This document shows, piece by piece, positions 12,869 to 32,917 of a DNA stretch of 64,000 nt (within the stretch, counting starts at the first letter, position 1; each line of letters starts with the position of its first letter). The stretch lies in NCBI RefSeq assembly GCF_003334255.1, contig NZ_QOWU01000004.1. One strand, given 5' to 3'. This stretch comes from Escherichia coli. Lineage in GTDB: Bacteria; Pseudomonadota; Gammaproteobacteria; Enterobacterales; Enterobacteriaceae. The notes under the pieces are model-generated. The model worked only from the letters and a program-made list of their open reading frames with translations, did no database searches and was not told the origin of the DNA. A program made the position numbers and the translations under genes.

Positions 12869-14953
12869 CTACTTCTTCTTCGCTGCAGCTCTGCGCCGTC
12901 TGTCCAAATCCTTCAGCAACTTGTTCACGCCATCATCGGCAAACATCGACTCAAGCGTTGCGGAAAGCTTGCGTCGCCAGTTTTTATACTGGTAACTGGT
13001 GCCAGGAATATTCACCGGTTCGGCCATATCCAGCCAGTCTTCCGGCTGTAGTCCTAACAGAGCACTGTTACTGTCGGCAATGTAGCGCTGCAAACCACGG
13101 TTCAGCGTCGGCGTCATCGACATCAACGATGCCTTATGCCCGGCACGTTTCGGCAGACAACCATATTTATGCAGTGCATCCAGCAGCCCTTGCTTCGCCA
13201 GTTCGCGATCCTGATACAGACCGCGCAGTACCACTTCATCCGGATACAGCCCCAGGGTTTTGCCCAGCGTTAGATCCCCGCTCTCCCAGTAACCGCGCAG
13301 CGTTGGCAGGTCATGTGTCGCCGCAACCGCCATCGACTGCTCCGGATACGCTTTCGGTGCACGGAACGTCTTCTCGTGGTCGTTTTCGAAATAGAGCACT
13401 TTGTAAGAGTACACACCGCTGCTGCGCAGCTTACCGACAATCTCTACCGGTACGGTACCGAGATCTTCACCAATCACCATACAGCGATGACGTTTACTTT
13501 CGAGTGCCAGAATCGAGAGCAGATCATCCACCGGATAGTGAACATACGCGCCCTGATCTGCCGTCTCGCCATACGGTATCCACCACAAACGCAGCATCGA
13601 CATCACATGGTCAATTCGTAATGCGCCGCAGTTTTGCATATTGGCACGCAACAGCTCGATAAACGGTTCATAGGCACGCGCGGTGATGATATGCGGGTCC
13701 ATTGGCGGTAATCCCCAGTTCTGCCCCAACGGGCCGAGGATATCCGGCGGCGCGCCAACCGATGCTTTCAGGCAATATAGTTCACGGTCACACCAGGTTT
13801 CCGCCCCACCTTCCGCTACGCCAACCGCCAGATCACGATACAAGCCAATCGGCATTTCATAGCCCTGGCTTATCTCCCAGCAGGCGGCAAACTGGCTGTA
13901 AGCCAGCCACTGCAACCAGAGATAAAAATCGACGTCATCACGATGTTCTTCGCAGAACTGACGCACTTCTGGTGAATCCACGTTCTGATACATCTCTGGC
14001 CATGCAGGCCAGCCCCAGCGCATTTCGTCCTCTTTCACTTGCTGGGCATGTAGCGCATCAAAGGCTGCCTGCCAGAACAGGCTGTCGCCCTGCTCTGCAA
14101 CAAACTGGCGAAACGCGGCCATCTGCTCATCATCACGTTGCGCGAAACCTTTCCACGCCATTCGTAATGCTGTCATTTTTAGGGCGGTAACCGTGGAGTA
14201 ATCGACCCAGTCGGCATCGCGCGCCTGTTGCAGCGTCTGTTGCGTGGTCGGCAACTGCCACCAGGCCTGAGCCTCTTCGCTAAGATGGAAATCTTCAACG
14301 GCGTTAACGTCGATATAAATCACATTCAGCCAACGGCGAGAAGACGGGCTGTATGGGCTGGCGCTCTCCGGATTTGCCGGATAGAGCGCATGAATCGGGT
14401 TCAGGCCAATGAACGACCCGCCACGTTTTGCCACATCCACCAGCATCGCTTTGAGATCGCCAAAATCCCCAATACCCCAGTTTTTTTCCGATCGCAGCGT
14501 ATAAAGCTGAACGCAGGCACCCCACAGCTTTTGTTTATTCAGCAACGCCTGCGGTTCGTAACAGCGTTTCGGGGCGACAATCACCCGGCAATGCGCGCGC
14601 TGGTCGTCCTGGGTGAGTGTCAGCGTGTGATAACCTTCCGGCAGCTTCGTCGGTAGATTGAACGCTTTGCCCCCCGTTACATGGCCTTTGTACTGCGTTC
14701 CTTCTTCGGTGGTCAGCAGCCAGCTATATTCGCCGCTGCCCTCCACCACCATCGGCATTTTTTTGCCGCTGGTATAAACCATGACATTCGGGACTGGCGT
14801 TACCGCCACTTTCGTGGCGGTACGTTGATGCATCGCGTCAAGCAAACGCCGTTTGGTTTCGGCGCTAATCGACTGCGGTTTACCGTGGGCATTGATGTAA
14901 TTGGGGCTAATCCCCGCCGCCAGCGCGGCATTATCCAGACGTTTGCTTTCCAT
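12869..14953 (-). CDS. malQ: 4-alpha-glucanotransferase (amylomaltase) MalQ (694 aa)
   Basis: ORF MESKRLDNAALAAGISPNYINAHGKPQ...; recognised. Confidence 0.96.
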   Translation of the reverse strand: MESKRLDNAALAAGISPNYINAHGKPQSISAETKRRLLDAMHQRTATKVAVTPVPNVMVYTSGKKMPMVVEGSGEYSWLLTTEEGTQYKGHVTGGKAFNLPTKLPEGYHTLTLTQDDQRAHCRVIVAPKRCYEPQALLNKQKLWGACVQLYTLRSEKNWGIGDFGDLKAMLVDVAKRGGSFIGLNPIHALYPANPESASPYSPSSRRWLNVIYIDVNAVEDFHLSEEAQAWWQLPTTQQTLQQARDADWVDYSTVTALKMTALRMAWKGFAQRDDEQMAAFRQFVAEQGDSLFWQAAFDALHAQQVKEDEMRWGWPAWPEMYQNVDSPEVRQFCEEHRDDVDFYLWLQWLAYSQFAACWEISQGYEMPIGLYRDLAVGVAEGGAETWCDRELYCLKASVGAPPDILGPLGQNWGLPPMDPHIITARAYEPFIELLRANMQNCGALRIDHVMSMLRLWWIPYGETADQGAYVHYPVDDLLSILALESKRHRCMVIGEDLGTVPVEIVGKLRSSGVYSYKVLYFENDHEKTFRAPKAYPEQSMAVAATHDLPTLRGYWESGDLTLGKTLGLYPDEVVLRGLYQDRELAKQGLLDALHKYGCLPKRAGHKASLMSMTPTLNRGLQRYIADSNSALLGLQPEDWLDMAEPVNIPGTSYQYKNWRRKLSATLESMFADDGVNKLLKDLDRRRRAAAKKK

Positions 14954-14962
14954 CGAGCTTCC

Positions 14963-17380
<2,418 letters not shown>

Positions 17381-17419
17381 TCAACACAACGTTATCGCTA
17401 GTTTGCCAGGCTCGATGTT

Positions 17420-17475
17420 GACCTTCCTCATCCTGCGGGGGATTAGGCAGGGAGGAGTTGCGGGGATGAGCAAGG
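17420..17475 (-). promoter_or_regulatory. malPQ promoter region with MalT-box-like GGA(T/G)GA motifs
   Basis: ggatgagg, gggaggag and ggggatgag hexamers within about 110 bp upstream of malP; malPQ is known to be MalT-activated. Confidence 0.45.
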
Positions 17476-17961
17476 AAATGTGATCTCAACCACTTAAAGC
17501 TAGTGCAAACCACAGGATTAGCATCAAATCAATGCAATACAGCGCAGAAAATCTGTATCTAAGTGCAAAAAATGGCCGTTGCGTATTTTCAAAAAGCGGA
17601 AGGTAACTCTATAAATTAAGTAAAGGAGTGAAACAGTTTCATAAGTAAAATATCCAGTGTGCTCCATCTCATTCTTAATAGATTTATTAAGATCATCTTT
17701 TTAGATGGCACTTTCATCAGGAATGAAGAAGAAACCCTTGCTTAAATGAATCTGATGAACATAAGGGAAACCAGTATTCACGCTGGATCAGCGTCGTTTT
17801 AGGTGAGTTGTTAATAAAGATTTGGAATTGTGACACAGTGCAAATTCAGACACATAAAAAAACGTCATCGCTTGCATTAGAAAGGTTTCTGGCCGACCTT
17901 ATAACCATTAATTACGAAGCGCAAAAAAAATAATATTTCCTCATTTTCCACAGTGAAGTGA

Positions 17962-20673
<2,712 letters not shown>

Positions 20674-20677
20674 GTTT

Positions 20678-20702
20678 AGCCGGATAACGCGCCAGATCCG
20701 GC
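20678..20702. terminator. Hairpin between convergent malT and rtcA (possible bidirectional terminator)
   Basis: gccggat-N9-atccggc inverted repeat. Confidence 0.45.
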
Positions 20703-20715
20703 TTACATCTCTGCA

Positions 20716-21735
<1,020 letters not shown>

Positions 21736-22962
21736 TTATCCTTTTACGCACACCACCTGACGCAGGGTATAGATAACTTCCACCAGATCGCTTTGTGCCG
21801 CCATCACCGCATCAATATCTTTATACGCCATCGGGATTTCGTCGATCACTTCGGCATCTTTACGGCATTCCACATGCGCGGTGGCACGAATTTGATCTTC
21901 CACGCTGAACAGTTTTTTCGCTTTAGTTCGGCTCATTACCCGCCCGGCACCGTGGCTGCACGAACAGAACGACTCTTCATTTCCCAGCCCACGGACGATA
22001 AAGCTTTTTGCTCCCATCGAACCGGGAATAATTCCATATTGACCAGCACGCGCAGACACCGCGCCTTTACGCGTCACGTAGATCTCTTCACCAAAGTGCT
22101 GTTCTTTTTGCACATAGTTGTGGTGACAGTTGATCTCTTCCATCGCCAGCGTTTGTGGCTGTCTGACCGTTTTCTGCGTAATGCTCTGCAATGCCGTTAC
22201 CACGTTTTCCATCATCGCATCGCGGTTAAGGCTGGCAAAAAGCTGCGCCCAGGCCACGGCTTTCAGGTAATCATCAAAGTATTCCGTACCTTCCATAAAG
22301 TACGCCAGATCACGCGACGGCAACGTCTCAAGCGTTTCCTGCATCTCTTTTTGTGCCAGATCGATAAAGTAAGTCCCGATGGCGTTACCAATTCCGCGTG
22401 AACCGGAGTGCAGCATAATCCACACCTGGTCCGACTCATCAAGGCAGATTTCAATAAAGTGGTTACCGGTTCCCAGCGTTCCCAGGTGTTTATAGTTATT
22501 GGTATTCAGGAAACGGGGATATTTTTGCGTTAACCACTGATAACCGGCTTCAAGCTCAGCCCATTTAGCATCGACGTTAACAGGTGGATTTTCCCAGGCA
22601 CCTTTATCACGTTTACAACGGCCAGTGGTACGCCCGTGCGGCACGGCCGTTTCAATCGCCTGACGCAGCTCTGCCAGGTTTTCAGGCAGGTCTTCCGCCG
22701 TTAACGCGGTACGCAGCGCGTTCATTCCACAGCCAATATCCACGCCCACCGCCGCCGGAATAATCGCCCCTTTGGTCGGGATCACGCTACCAATGGTGGA
22801 ACCTTTACCCAGGTGTACATCAGGCATTACCGCAATATGTTTGAAAATAAACGGCATCTTCGCCGTATTAATAAGTTGCTGACGCGCATCGGCCTCTACC
22901 GGCACGCCTTTGGTCCACATTTTTACCGGGGCATTTTCAGTGGTCAGTAATTCGTAATTCAT
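21736..22962 (-). CDS. rtcB: RNA-splicing ligase RtcB (408 aa)
   Basis: ORF MNYELLTTENAPVKMWTKGVPVEADARQQL...; recognised. Confidence 0.95.
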   Translation of the reverse strand: MNYELLTTENAPVKMWTKGVPVEADARQQLINTAKMPFIFKHIAVMPDVHLGKGSTIGSVIPTKGAIIPAAVGVDIGCGMNALRTALTAEDLPENLAELRQAIETAVPHGRTTGRCKRDKGAWENPPVNVDAKWAELEAGYQWLTQKYPRFLNTNNYKHLGTLGTGNHFIEICLDESDQVWIMLHSGSRGIGNAIGTYFIDLAQKEMQETLETLPSRDLAYFMEGTEYFDDYLKAVAWAQLFASLNRDAMMENVVTALQSITQKTVRQPQTLAMEEINCHHNYVQKEQHFGEEIYVTRKGAVSARAGQYGIIPGSMGAKSFIVRGLGNEESFCSCSHGAGRVMSRTKAKKLFSVEDQIRATAHVECRKDAEVIDEIPMAYKDIDAVMAAQSDLVEVIYTLRQVVCVKG

Positions 22963-22999
22963 TTTGTTTTTCTCTTTTCGTTGTTTGCTGTCCTGATAA

Positions 23000-23017
23000 T
23001 TGCAACCGTCGTGCCAG
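23000..23017 (-). promoter_or_regulatory. Sigma-54 (-24/-12) promoter of rtcBA
   Basis: Minus strand reads CTGGCAC-GACGG-TTGCAA (TGGCAC-N5-TTGCA consensus) about 40 bp upstream of the rtcB ATG, facing the rtcR activator gene. Confidence 0.8.
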
Positions 23018-23150
23018 AAAATTAAATAAGCAGCTTAATTTTTTAATTCATTGTTTTAAAAAAGATTATATCTTTACGTCCGTAACCGGAGATTTCCCGC
23101 AAAGCCAATTTACCGATAATGAAATATCGTCTTTTATAAGGATATCTAAG

Positions 23151-24749
23151 ATGCGTAAAACAGTGGCTTTTGGCTTTGTCGGTACCGTACTGGATTATGC
23201 CGGGCGCGGCAGTCAGCGCTGGTCAAAATGGCGTCCGACACTCTGTTTATGCCAGCAAGAATCGTTGGTCATCGATCGACTGGAATTGTTGCACGACGCC
23301 CGCTCGCGCTCGCTATTTGAAACGCTTAAACGCGATATCGCCAGCGTTTCGCCAGAAACAGAAGTGGTGAGCGTTGAGATTGAACTGCATAACCCGTGGG
23401 ATTTCGAAGAGGTCTACGCCTGCCTGCATGATTTCGCCCGTGGTTACGAGTTTCAGCCAGAAAAAGAAGACTATTTAATTCACATCACCACCGGTACCCA
23501 CGTCGCGCAGATTTGCTGGTTTCTGCTGGCAGAAGCGCGTTACCTGCCCGCCCGGCTGATACAATCTTCACCTCCGCGCAAAAAAGAACAGCCGCGCGGC
23601 CCAGGTGAAGTAACGATTATCGATCTCGATTTAAGCCGTTATAACGCCATCGCCAGCCGCTTTGCCGAGGAACGCCAGCAAACGCTTGATTTTCTTAAGT
23701 CCGGCATTGCCACGCGTAACCCCCACTTCAACCGCATGATTGAGCAGATCGAAAAAGTGGCGATCAAATCCCGCGCGCCGATTCTGCTTAACGGTCCAAC
23801 CGGCGCGGGCAAGTCATTTCTGGCGCGACGCATCTTCGAGTTAAAACAGGCGCGGCATCAGTTTAGCGGCGCGTTTGTGGAAGTGAACTGCGCCACCCTG
23901 CGCGGCGATACCGCCATGTCGACGCTGTTTGGTCATGTAAAAGGCGCGTTTACCGGGGCGCGGGAATCTCGTGAAGGTTTATTACGCAGCGCCAACGGCG
24001 GAATGTTGTTTCTTGATGAGATTGGCGAACTGGGCGCAGACGAACAGGCAATGCTGCTGAAAGCCATTGAAGAGAAAACCTTTTACCCGTTTGGCAGCGA
24101 TCGCCAGGTGAGCAGTGATTTTCAGCTTATCGCCGGAACGGTGCGCGATTTGCGCCAGCTGGTTGCCGAAGGCAAATTTCGCGAAGATCTGTACGCGCGG
24201 ATCAATCTCTGGACCTTCACCCTGCCGGGTCTACGCCAGCGCCAGGAAGATATTGAACCGAACCTGGATTATGAAGTGGAGCGCCACGCCTCACTCACTG
24301 GCGACAGCGTGCGTTTTAACACCGAAGCGCGGCGCGCCTGGTTGGCTTTTGCGACCTCTCCCCAGGCAACATGGCGCGGTAACTTTCGCGAACTTTCTGC
24401 CAGCGTCACGCGGATGGCCACCTTTGCCACTAGCGGACGCATCACTCTGGACGTGGTTGAAGATGAGATAAACCGTCTGCGCTATAACTGGCAGGAGAGC
24501 CGCCCCTCCGCGCTTACGGCGTTGCTGGGCGCAGAGGCAGAAAACATCGATCTCTTCGACCGTATGCAACTGGAACACGTTATCGCTATCTGCCGCCAGG
24601 CAAAGTCGCTTTCCGCAGCCGGACGCCAGCTTTTTGACGTTTCGCGCCAGGGCAAAGCCAGCGTCAATGACGCGGATCGGCTACGCAAATACCTGGCGCG
24701 TTTTGGTCTGACGTGGGAAGCCGTGCAGGATCAGCACAGCTCCAGTTGA
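23151..24749 (+). CDS. rtcR: Sigma-54-dependent activator RtcR (532 aa), N-terminal CARF-like sensor and AAA+ domain
   Basis: [23 protein letters not shown]...; Walker A GPTGAGKS and GAFTGA motif present. Confidence 0.95.
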   Translation: MRKTVAFGFVGTVLDYAGRGSQRWSKWRPTLCLCQQESLVIDRLELLHDARSRSLFETLKRDIASVSPETEVVSVEIELHNPWDFEEVYACLHDFARGYEFQPEKEDYLIHITTGTHVAQICWFLLAEARYLPARLIQSSPPRKKEQPRGPGEVTIIDLDLSRYNAIASRFAEERQQTLDFLKSGIATRNPHFNRMIEQIEKVAIKSRAPILLNGPTGAGKSFLARRIFELKQARHQFSGAFVEVNCATLRGDTAMSTLFGHVKGAFTGARESREGLLRSANGGMLFLDEIGELGADEQAMLLKAIEEKTFYPFGSDRQVSSDFQLIAGTVRDLRQLVAEGKFREDLYARINLWTFTLPGLRQRQEDIEPNLDYEVERHASLTGDSVRFNTEARRAWLAFATSPQATWRGNFRELSASVTRMATFATSGRITLDVVEDEINRLRYNWQESRPSALTALLGAEAENIDLFDRMQLEHVIAICRQAKSLSAAGRQLFDVSRQGKASVNDADRLRKYLARFGLTWEAVQDQHSSS

Positions 24750-25489
24750 ATATGGTGGTCCGTCAGCACCTGCATCACGCTTACTGGCGGCGGGGCGTCG
24801 GTGTAGACGGCATCTACCATGCTGATGCTGCCCATATTGACCATCGCGTTACGGCCAAATTTCGAGTGATCGACAACCAGCATAACGTGGCGCGAGTTCT
24901 CAATAATGGCGCGTTTGGTGCGAACTTCGTGGTAATCGAACTCCAGCAGCGAGCCGTCGCTATCGATGCCGCTTATCCCCAGAATGCCGAAATCAAGGCG
25001 GAACTGGGAGATAAAATCGAGCGTCGCTTCGCCAATGATCCCGCCATCGCGGCTGCGTAATTCGCCACCGGCGAGAATGATGCGAAAATCTTCTTTTACC
25101 ATCAACGTGTTAGCAACGTTGAGATTGTTGGTGACAATGCGCAAATTGCTGTGATTGAGCAGTGCGTGCGCTACCGCTTCCGGCGTGGTGCCGATATCGC
25201 TAAACAGCGTCGAGCCATTGGGGATTTGCTCCGCCACTTTGCGGGCGATGCGCTCTTTTTCTTCGGTCTGGGTGGCCTTGCGATCGTGCCACGGCGTGTT
25301 AACCGAACTGGAAGGCAGCGCCGCACCGCCATGATGGCGCAGGATCAGGTTTTGCTCCGCCAGCTCATTGAGGTCGCGGCGAATAGTCTGCGGGCTGACG
25401 GAGAAATGCTCTACCAGCTCTTCGGTACTGACATAACCCTGCTGTTTAACCAGTTCGATAATACCGTTGTGACGTTGTGTTTGTTTCAT
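24731..25489 (-). CDS. glpR: DeoR-family glycerol-3-phosphate regulon repressor GlpR (252 aa)
   Basis: ORF MKQTQRHNGIIELVKQQGYVSTEELVEHFSVSPQTIRRDL...; 3' end overlaps rtcR 3' end by 19 bp. Confidence 0.95.
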   Translation of the reverse strand: MKQTQRHNGIIELVKQQGYVSTEELVEHFSVSPQTIRRDLNELAEQNLILRHHGGAALPSSSVNTPWHDRKATQTEEKERIARKVAEQIPNGSTLFSDIGTTPEAVAHALLNHSNLRIVTNNLNVANTLMVKEDFRIILAGGELRSRDGGIIGEATLDFISQFRLDFGILGISGIDSDGSLLEFDYHEVRTKRAIIENSRHVMLVVDHSKFGRNAMVNMGSISMVDAVYTDAPPPVSVMQVLTDHHIQLELC

Positions 25490-25505
25490 TTATAAATCCC
25501 TGGAA

Positions 25506-26348
<843 letters not shown>

Positions 26349-26380
26349 TTATTCCACACAAAAGGGGACAGTATAAAGCG

Positions 26381-26785
<405 letters not shown>

Positions 26786-26896
26786 TTATACATATCACTC
26801 TAAAATGTTTTTTCAATGTTACCTAAAGCGCGATTCTTTGCTAATATGTTCGATAACGAACATTTATGAGCTTTAACGAAAGTGAATGAGGGCAGC

Positions 26897-28402
26897 ATGG
26901 AAACCAAAGATCTGATTGTGATAGGGGGCGGCATCAATGGTGCTGGTATCGCGGCAGACGCCGCTGGACGCGGTTTATCCGTGCTGATGCTGGAGGCGCA
27001 GGATCTCGCTTGCGCGACCTCTTCCGCCAGTTCAAAACTCATTCACGGTGGCCTGCGCTACCTTGAGCACTATGAATTCCGCCTGGTCAGCGAGGCGCTG
27101 GCTGAACGTGAAGTGCTGCTGAAAATGGCCCCGCATATCGCCTTCCCGATGCGTTTTCGCCTGCCACATCGTCCGCATCTGCGCCCGGCGTGGATGATTC
27201 GCATTGGTCTGTTTATGTACGATCATCTGGGTAAACGCACCAGCTTGCCGGGATCAACTGGTTTGCGTTTTGGCGCAAATTCAGTGTTAAAACCGGAAAT
27301 TAAGCGCGGATTCGAATATTCTGACTGTTGGGTAGACGACGCCCGTCTGGTACTCGCCAACGCCCAGATGGTGGTGCGTAAAGGCGGCGAAGTGCTTACT
27401 CGGACTCGCGCCACCTCTGCTCGCCGCGAAAACGGCCTGTGGATTGTGGAAGCGGAAGATATCGATACCGGCAAAAAATATAGCTGGCAAGCGCGCGGCT
27501 TGGTTAACGCCACCGGCCCGTGGGTGAAACAGTTCTTCGACGACGGGATGCATCTGCCTTCGCCTTATGGCATTCGCCTGATCAAAGGCAGCCATATTGT
27601 GGTGCCGCGCGTGCATACCCAGAAGCAAGCCTACATTCTGCAAAACGAAGATAAACGTATTGTGTTCGTGATCCCGTGGATGGACGAGTTTTCCATCATC
27701 GGCACTACCGATGTCGAGTACAAAGGCGATCCGAAAGCGGTGAAGATTGAAGAGAGTGAAATCAATTACCTGCTGAATGTGTATAACACGCACTTTAAAA
27801 AGCAGTTAAGCCGTGACGATATCGTCTGGACCTACTCCGGTGTGCGTCCGCTGTGTGATGATGAGTCCGACTCGCCGCAGGCTATTACCCGTGATTACAC
27901 CCTTGATATTCATGATGAAAATGGCAAAGCACCGCTGCTGTCGGTATTCGGCGGTAAGCTGACCACCTACCGAAAACTGGCGGAACATGCGCTGGAAAAA
28001 CTAACGCCGTATTATCAGGGTATTGGCCCGGCATGGACGAAAGAGAGTGTGCTACCGGGTGGCGCCATTGAAGGCGACCGCGACGATTATGCCGCTCGCC
28101 TGCGCCGCCGCTATCCGTTCCTGACTGAATCGCTGGCGCGTCATTACGCTCGCACTTACGGCAGCAACAGCGAGCTGCTGCTCGGCAATGCGGGAACGGT
28201 AAGCGATCTCGGGGAAGATTTCGGTCATGAGTTCTACGAAGCGGAGCTGAAATACCTGGTGGATCACGAATGGGTCCGCCGCGCCGACGACGCCCTGTGG
28301 CGTCGCACAAAACAAGGCATGTGGCTAAATGCGGATCAACAATCTCGTGTGAGTCAGTGGCTGGTGGAGTATACGCAGCAGAGGTTATCGCTGGCGTCGT
28401 AA
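26897..28402 (+). CDS. glpD: Aerobic glycerol-3-phosphate dehydrogenase GlpD (501 aa)
   Basis: ORF 26882..28402 trimmed to METKDLIVIGGGINGAGIAADAAGRGL... (FAD-binding GGGINGAG). Confidence 0.96.
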   Translation: METKDLIVIGGGINGAGIAADAAGRGLSVLMLEAQDLACATSSASSKLIHGGLRYLEHYEFRLVSEALAEREVLLKMAPHIAFPMRFRLPHRPHLRPAWMIRIGLFMYDHLGKRTSLPGSTGLRFGANSVLKPEIKRGFEYSDCWVDDARLVLANAQMVVRKGGEVLTRTRATSARRENGLWIVEAEDIDTGKKYSWQARGLVNATGPWVKQFFDDGMHLPSPYGIRLIKGSHIVVPRVHTQKQAYILQNEDKRIVFVIPWMDEFSIIGTTDVEYKGDPKAVKIEESEINYLLNVYNTHFKKQLSRDDIVWTYSGVRPLCDDESDSPQAITRDYTLDIHDENGKAPLLSVFGGKLTTYRKLAEHALEKLTPYYQGIGPAWTKESVLPGGAIEGDRDDYAARLRRRYPFLTESLARHYARTYGSNSELLLGNAGTVSDLGEDFGHEFYEAELKYLVDHEWVRRADDALWRRTKQGMWLNADQQSRVSQWLVEYTQQRLSLAS

Positions 28403-28444
28403 ATTAACGTAAGGTGATCAGGTCAGATTTCAATCTGGCCTGAG

Positions 28445-28575
28445 ACTGATGACAAACACAAAACTGCCTGATGCGCTACGCTTATCAGGCCTACGTGGTT
28501 TATGCAATATATTGAATTTGCATGGTCTTGTAGGCCAGATAAGACGTTCACGTCGCATCCGGCATGAACAAAGCG
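28445..28575. repeat. REP/BIME cluster downstream of glpD
   Basis: gcctgatgcgctacgcttatcaggcctacg ... gtaggccagataagacgttcacgtcgcatccggcatg. Confidence 0.8.
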
Positions 28576-28607
28576 CACTTTGTCAAAAATCTAACCTACT
28601 TTTTAAT

Positions 28608-28889
28608 TCAGGGAATTACCGCAAAGCCCACGCCATCATACCCAACGTAACAAAACTCAGGCACGTTCCCCACTCGCCCCGAGAAAAATAGCATTAATGC
28701 GCCCAGCGCCAGCATAAAAATTTTGAGCAGAAGGTAAATTGTTGGCGTGATAAGGATATTACAAACTTCAATAATACCGGCAAGTCCGACACCCAGCATG
28801 GCAATAACCACCGCCAAAAATTGCGCCAGTATGGGGATGCCGAAAAAAGTCATTACCAGCGAGGTCAAAATCCATTTTCTGTTTTGCAT
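28608..28889 (-). CDS. yzgL: Small hydrophobic protein YzgL (93 aa)
   Basis: ORF 28608..28901 trimmed to MQNRKWILTSLVMTFFGIPILAQFLAVVIAMLGVGL...; two predicted TM helices. Confidence 0.6.
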   Translation of the reverse strand: MQNRKWILTSLVMTFFGIPILAQFLAVVIAMLGVGLAGIIEVCNILITPTIYLLLKIFMLALGALMLFFSGRVGNVPEFCYVGYDGVGFAVIP

Positions 28890-29017
28890 TATTCTTTCCA
28901 TTCTTTTTGAATGGTGAAATTATACTCCCCGAGTCCCCTTGCCCCTTCTGGACACTTTTCCGAAATGATGGCGGAAAAAAACGGGACCCTTTGGCCCCGT
29001 TCTATTTATTGGTGAAC

Positions 29018-31483
<2,466 letters not shown>

Positions 31484-32917
31484 CTATTTCAAGCGATAGT
31501 AAAGCTCACGGTACGACTTCGCCGCGACCTGCCAGCTAAAATCCATTGCCATAGCCTGACGTTGCACAAACCGCCACAGTGAAGGACGGGACCACAGTAC
31601 AAAAGCACGTCGAATAGCCCGTAACAGCGACCAGGCATTACTATCTTCAAAGACAAACCCACTGGCGACGCCATCTGCAAGGTTCTCAAGAGAACAGTCA
31701 GAAACCGTATCAGCAAGCCCACCGGTGCGCCGCACTAACGGCAGCGTACCGTACTTCAATCCATAAAGTTGCGTTAAGCCGCACGGTTCAAAACGGCTGG
31801 GCACCAGAATGACGTCCGCGCCGCCCATAATGCGATGCGAAAATGCTTCGTGATAGCCAATCTGAACGCCCACCTGACCGGGGTATTCCGCTGCCGCCGC
31901 AAGGAAACCTTCCTGCAGCACCGGATCGCCCGCGCCGAGTAGCGCCAGCTGCCCGCCCTGCTCCAGAAGACCCGGTAAGGCTTCCAGCACCAGGTCGAGA
32001 CCTTTCTGGCTGGTCAGACGGCTCACCACTGCAAAAAGCGGCACTTTATCGTCAACCTTAAGCCCCATTGCGATTTGTAACTGGCGCTTATTTTCCGCTT
32101 TATCTTCCAACGTATCGCGGGTGTAACGCGAGGCCAACAGTAAGTCCGTCTCTGGACTCCAGATTTTCTCGTCCACGCCGTTCAGTACGCCGGAAAGACG
32201 CCCTTCACGGTGACGCTGTTGCAACAGACCTTCCATACCGTAGGCAAACTGCGGTTCGGTGATCTCGCGAGCGTAGGTTGGACTGACCGCCGTAATGTGA
32301 TCGGCATAGTACAGACCGGCCTTCAGGAAAGAGATTTGTCCGTTGAATTCCAGCCCATGAATATTAAAGAATGACCATGGCAATTGGATGTCATTCATGT
32401 GATGTGCATAAAACATGCCTTGATAGGCCAGGTTGTGCACAGTAAACACCGACTTCGCCGGACGCCCGCGCGCCGCCAGATACGCAGGCGCAAGGCCTGC
32501 ATGCCAGTCGTGCGCATGCACCACATCAGGACGCCAGAATGGGTCAAGCCCGCTGGCCATTTCTGCCCCAACCCACCCCAGCAGCGCAAAACGCAATACG
32601 TTGTCGGTATAGGCAAATAAGTTGGTATCGTGATACGGGCTTCCCGGACGATCATAGAGATGCGGCGCGTCAATCAGGTAAATGCCAACCCCGTTGTAAT
32701 GACCGAACAACAGCGTGATATGTCCGGCGAAGGTATCACGACGGGATACTACCTGCGCATCGGTCACGCCACGGCGAATATCGGGAAATGCAGGCAACAG
32801 TACGCGAGCGTCAACGCCGTCTGCGATTTGTGCTGCGGGTAATGCCCCAATAACATCAGCCAGACCGCCGGTTTTAAGCAGCGGGAACATCTCTGAACAT
32901 ACATGTAAAACCTGCAT
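31484..32917 (-). CDS. glgA: Glycogen synthase GlgA (477 aa)
   Basis: [33 protein letters not shown]... Confidence 0.97.

Noticed and set aside
28449-28691. 80-aa ORF ([18 protein letters not shown]...) downstream of glpD
   Set aside because: Its sequence is the translation of a REP/BIME cluster (the peptide [10 protein letters not shown] recurs in the ORF at 62369..62617, which also covers a REP); repeat-derived phantom ORF.
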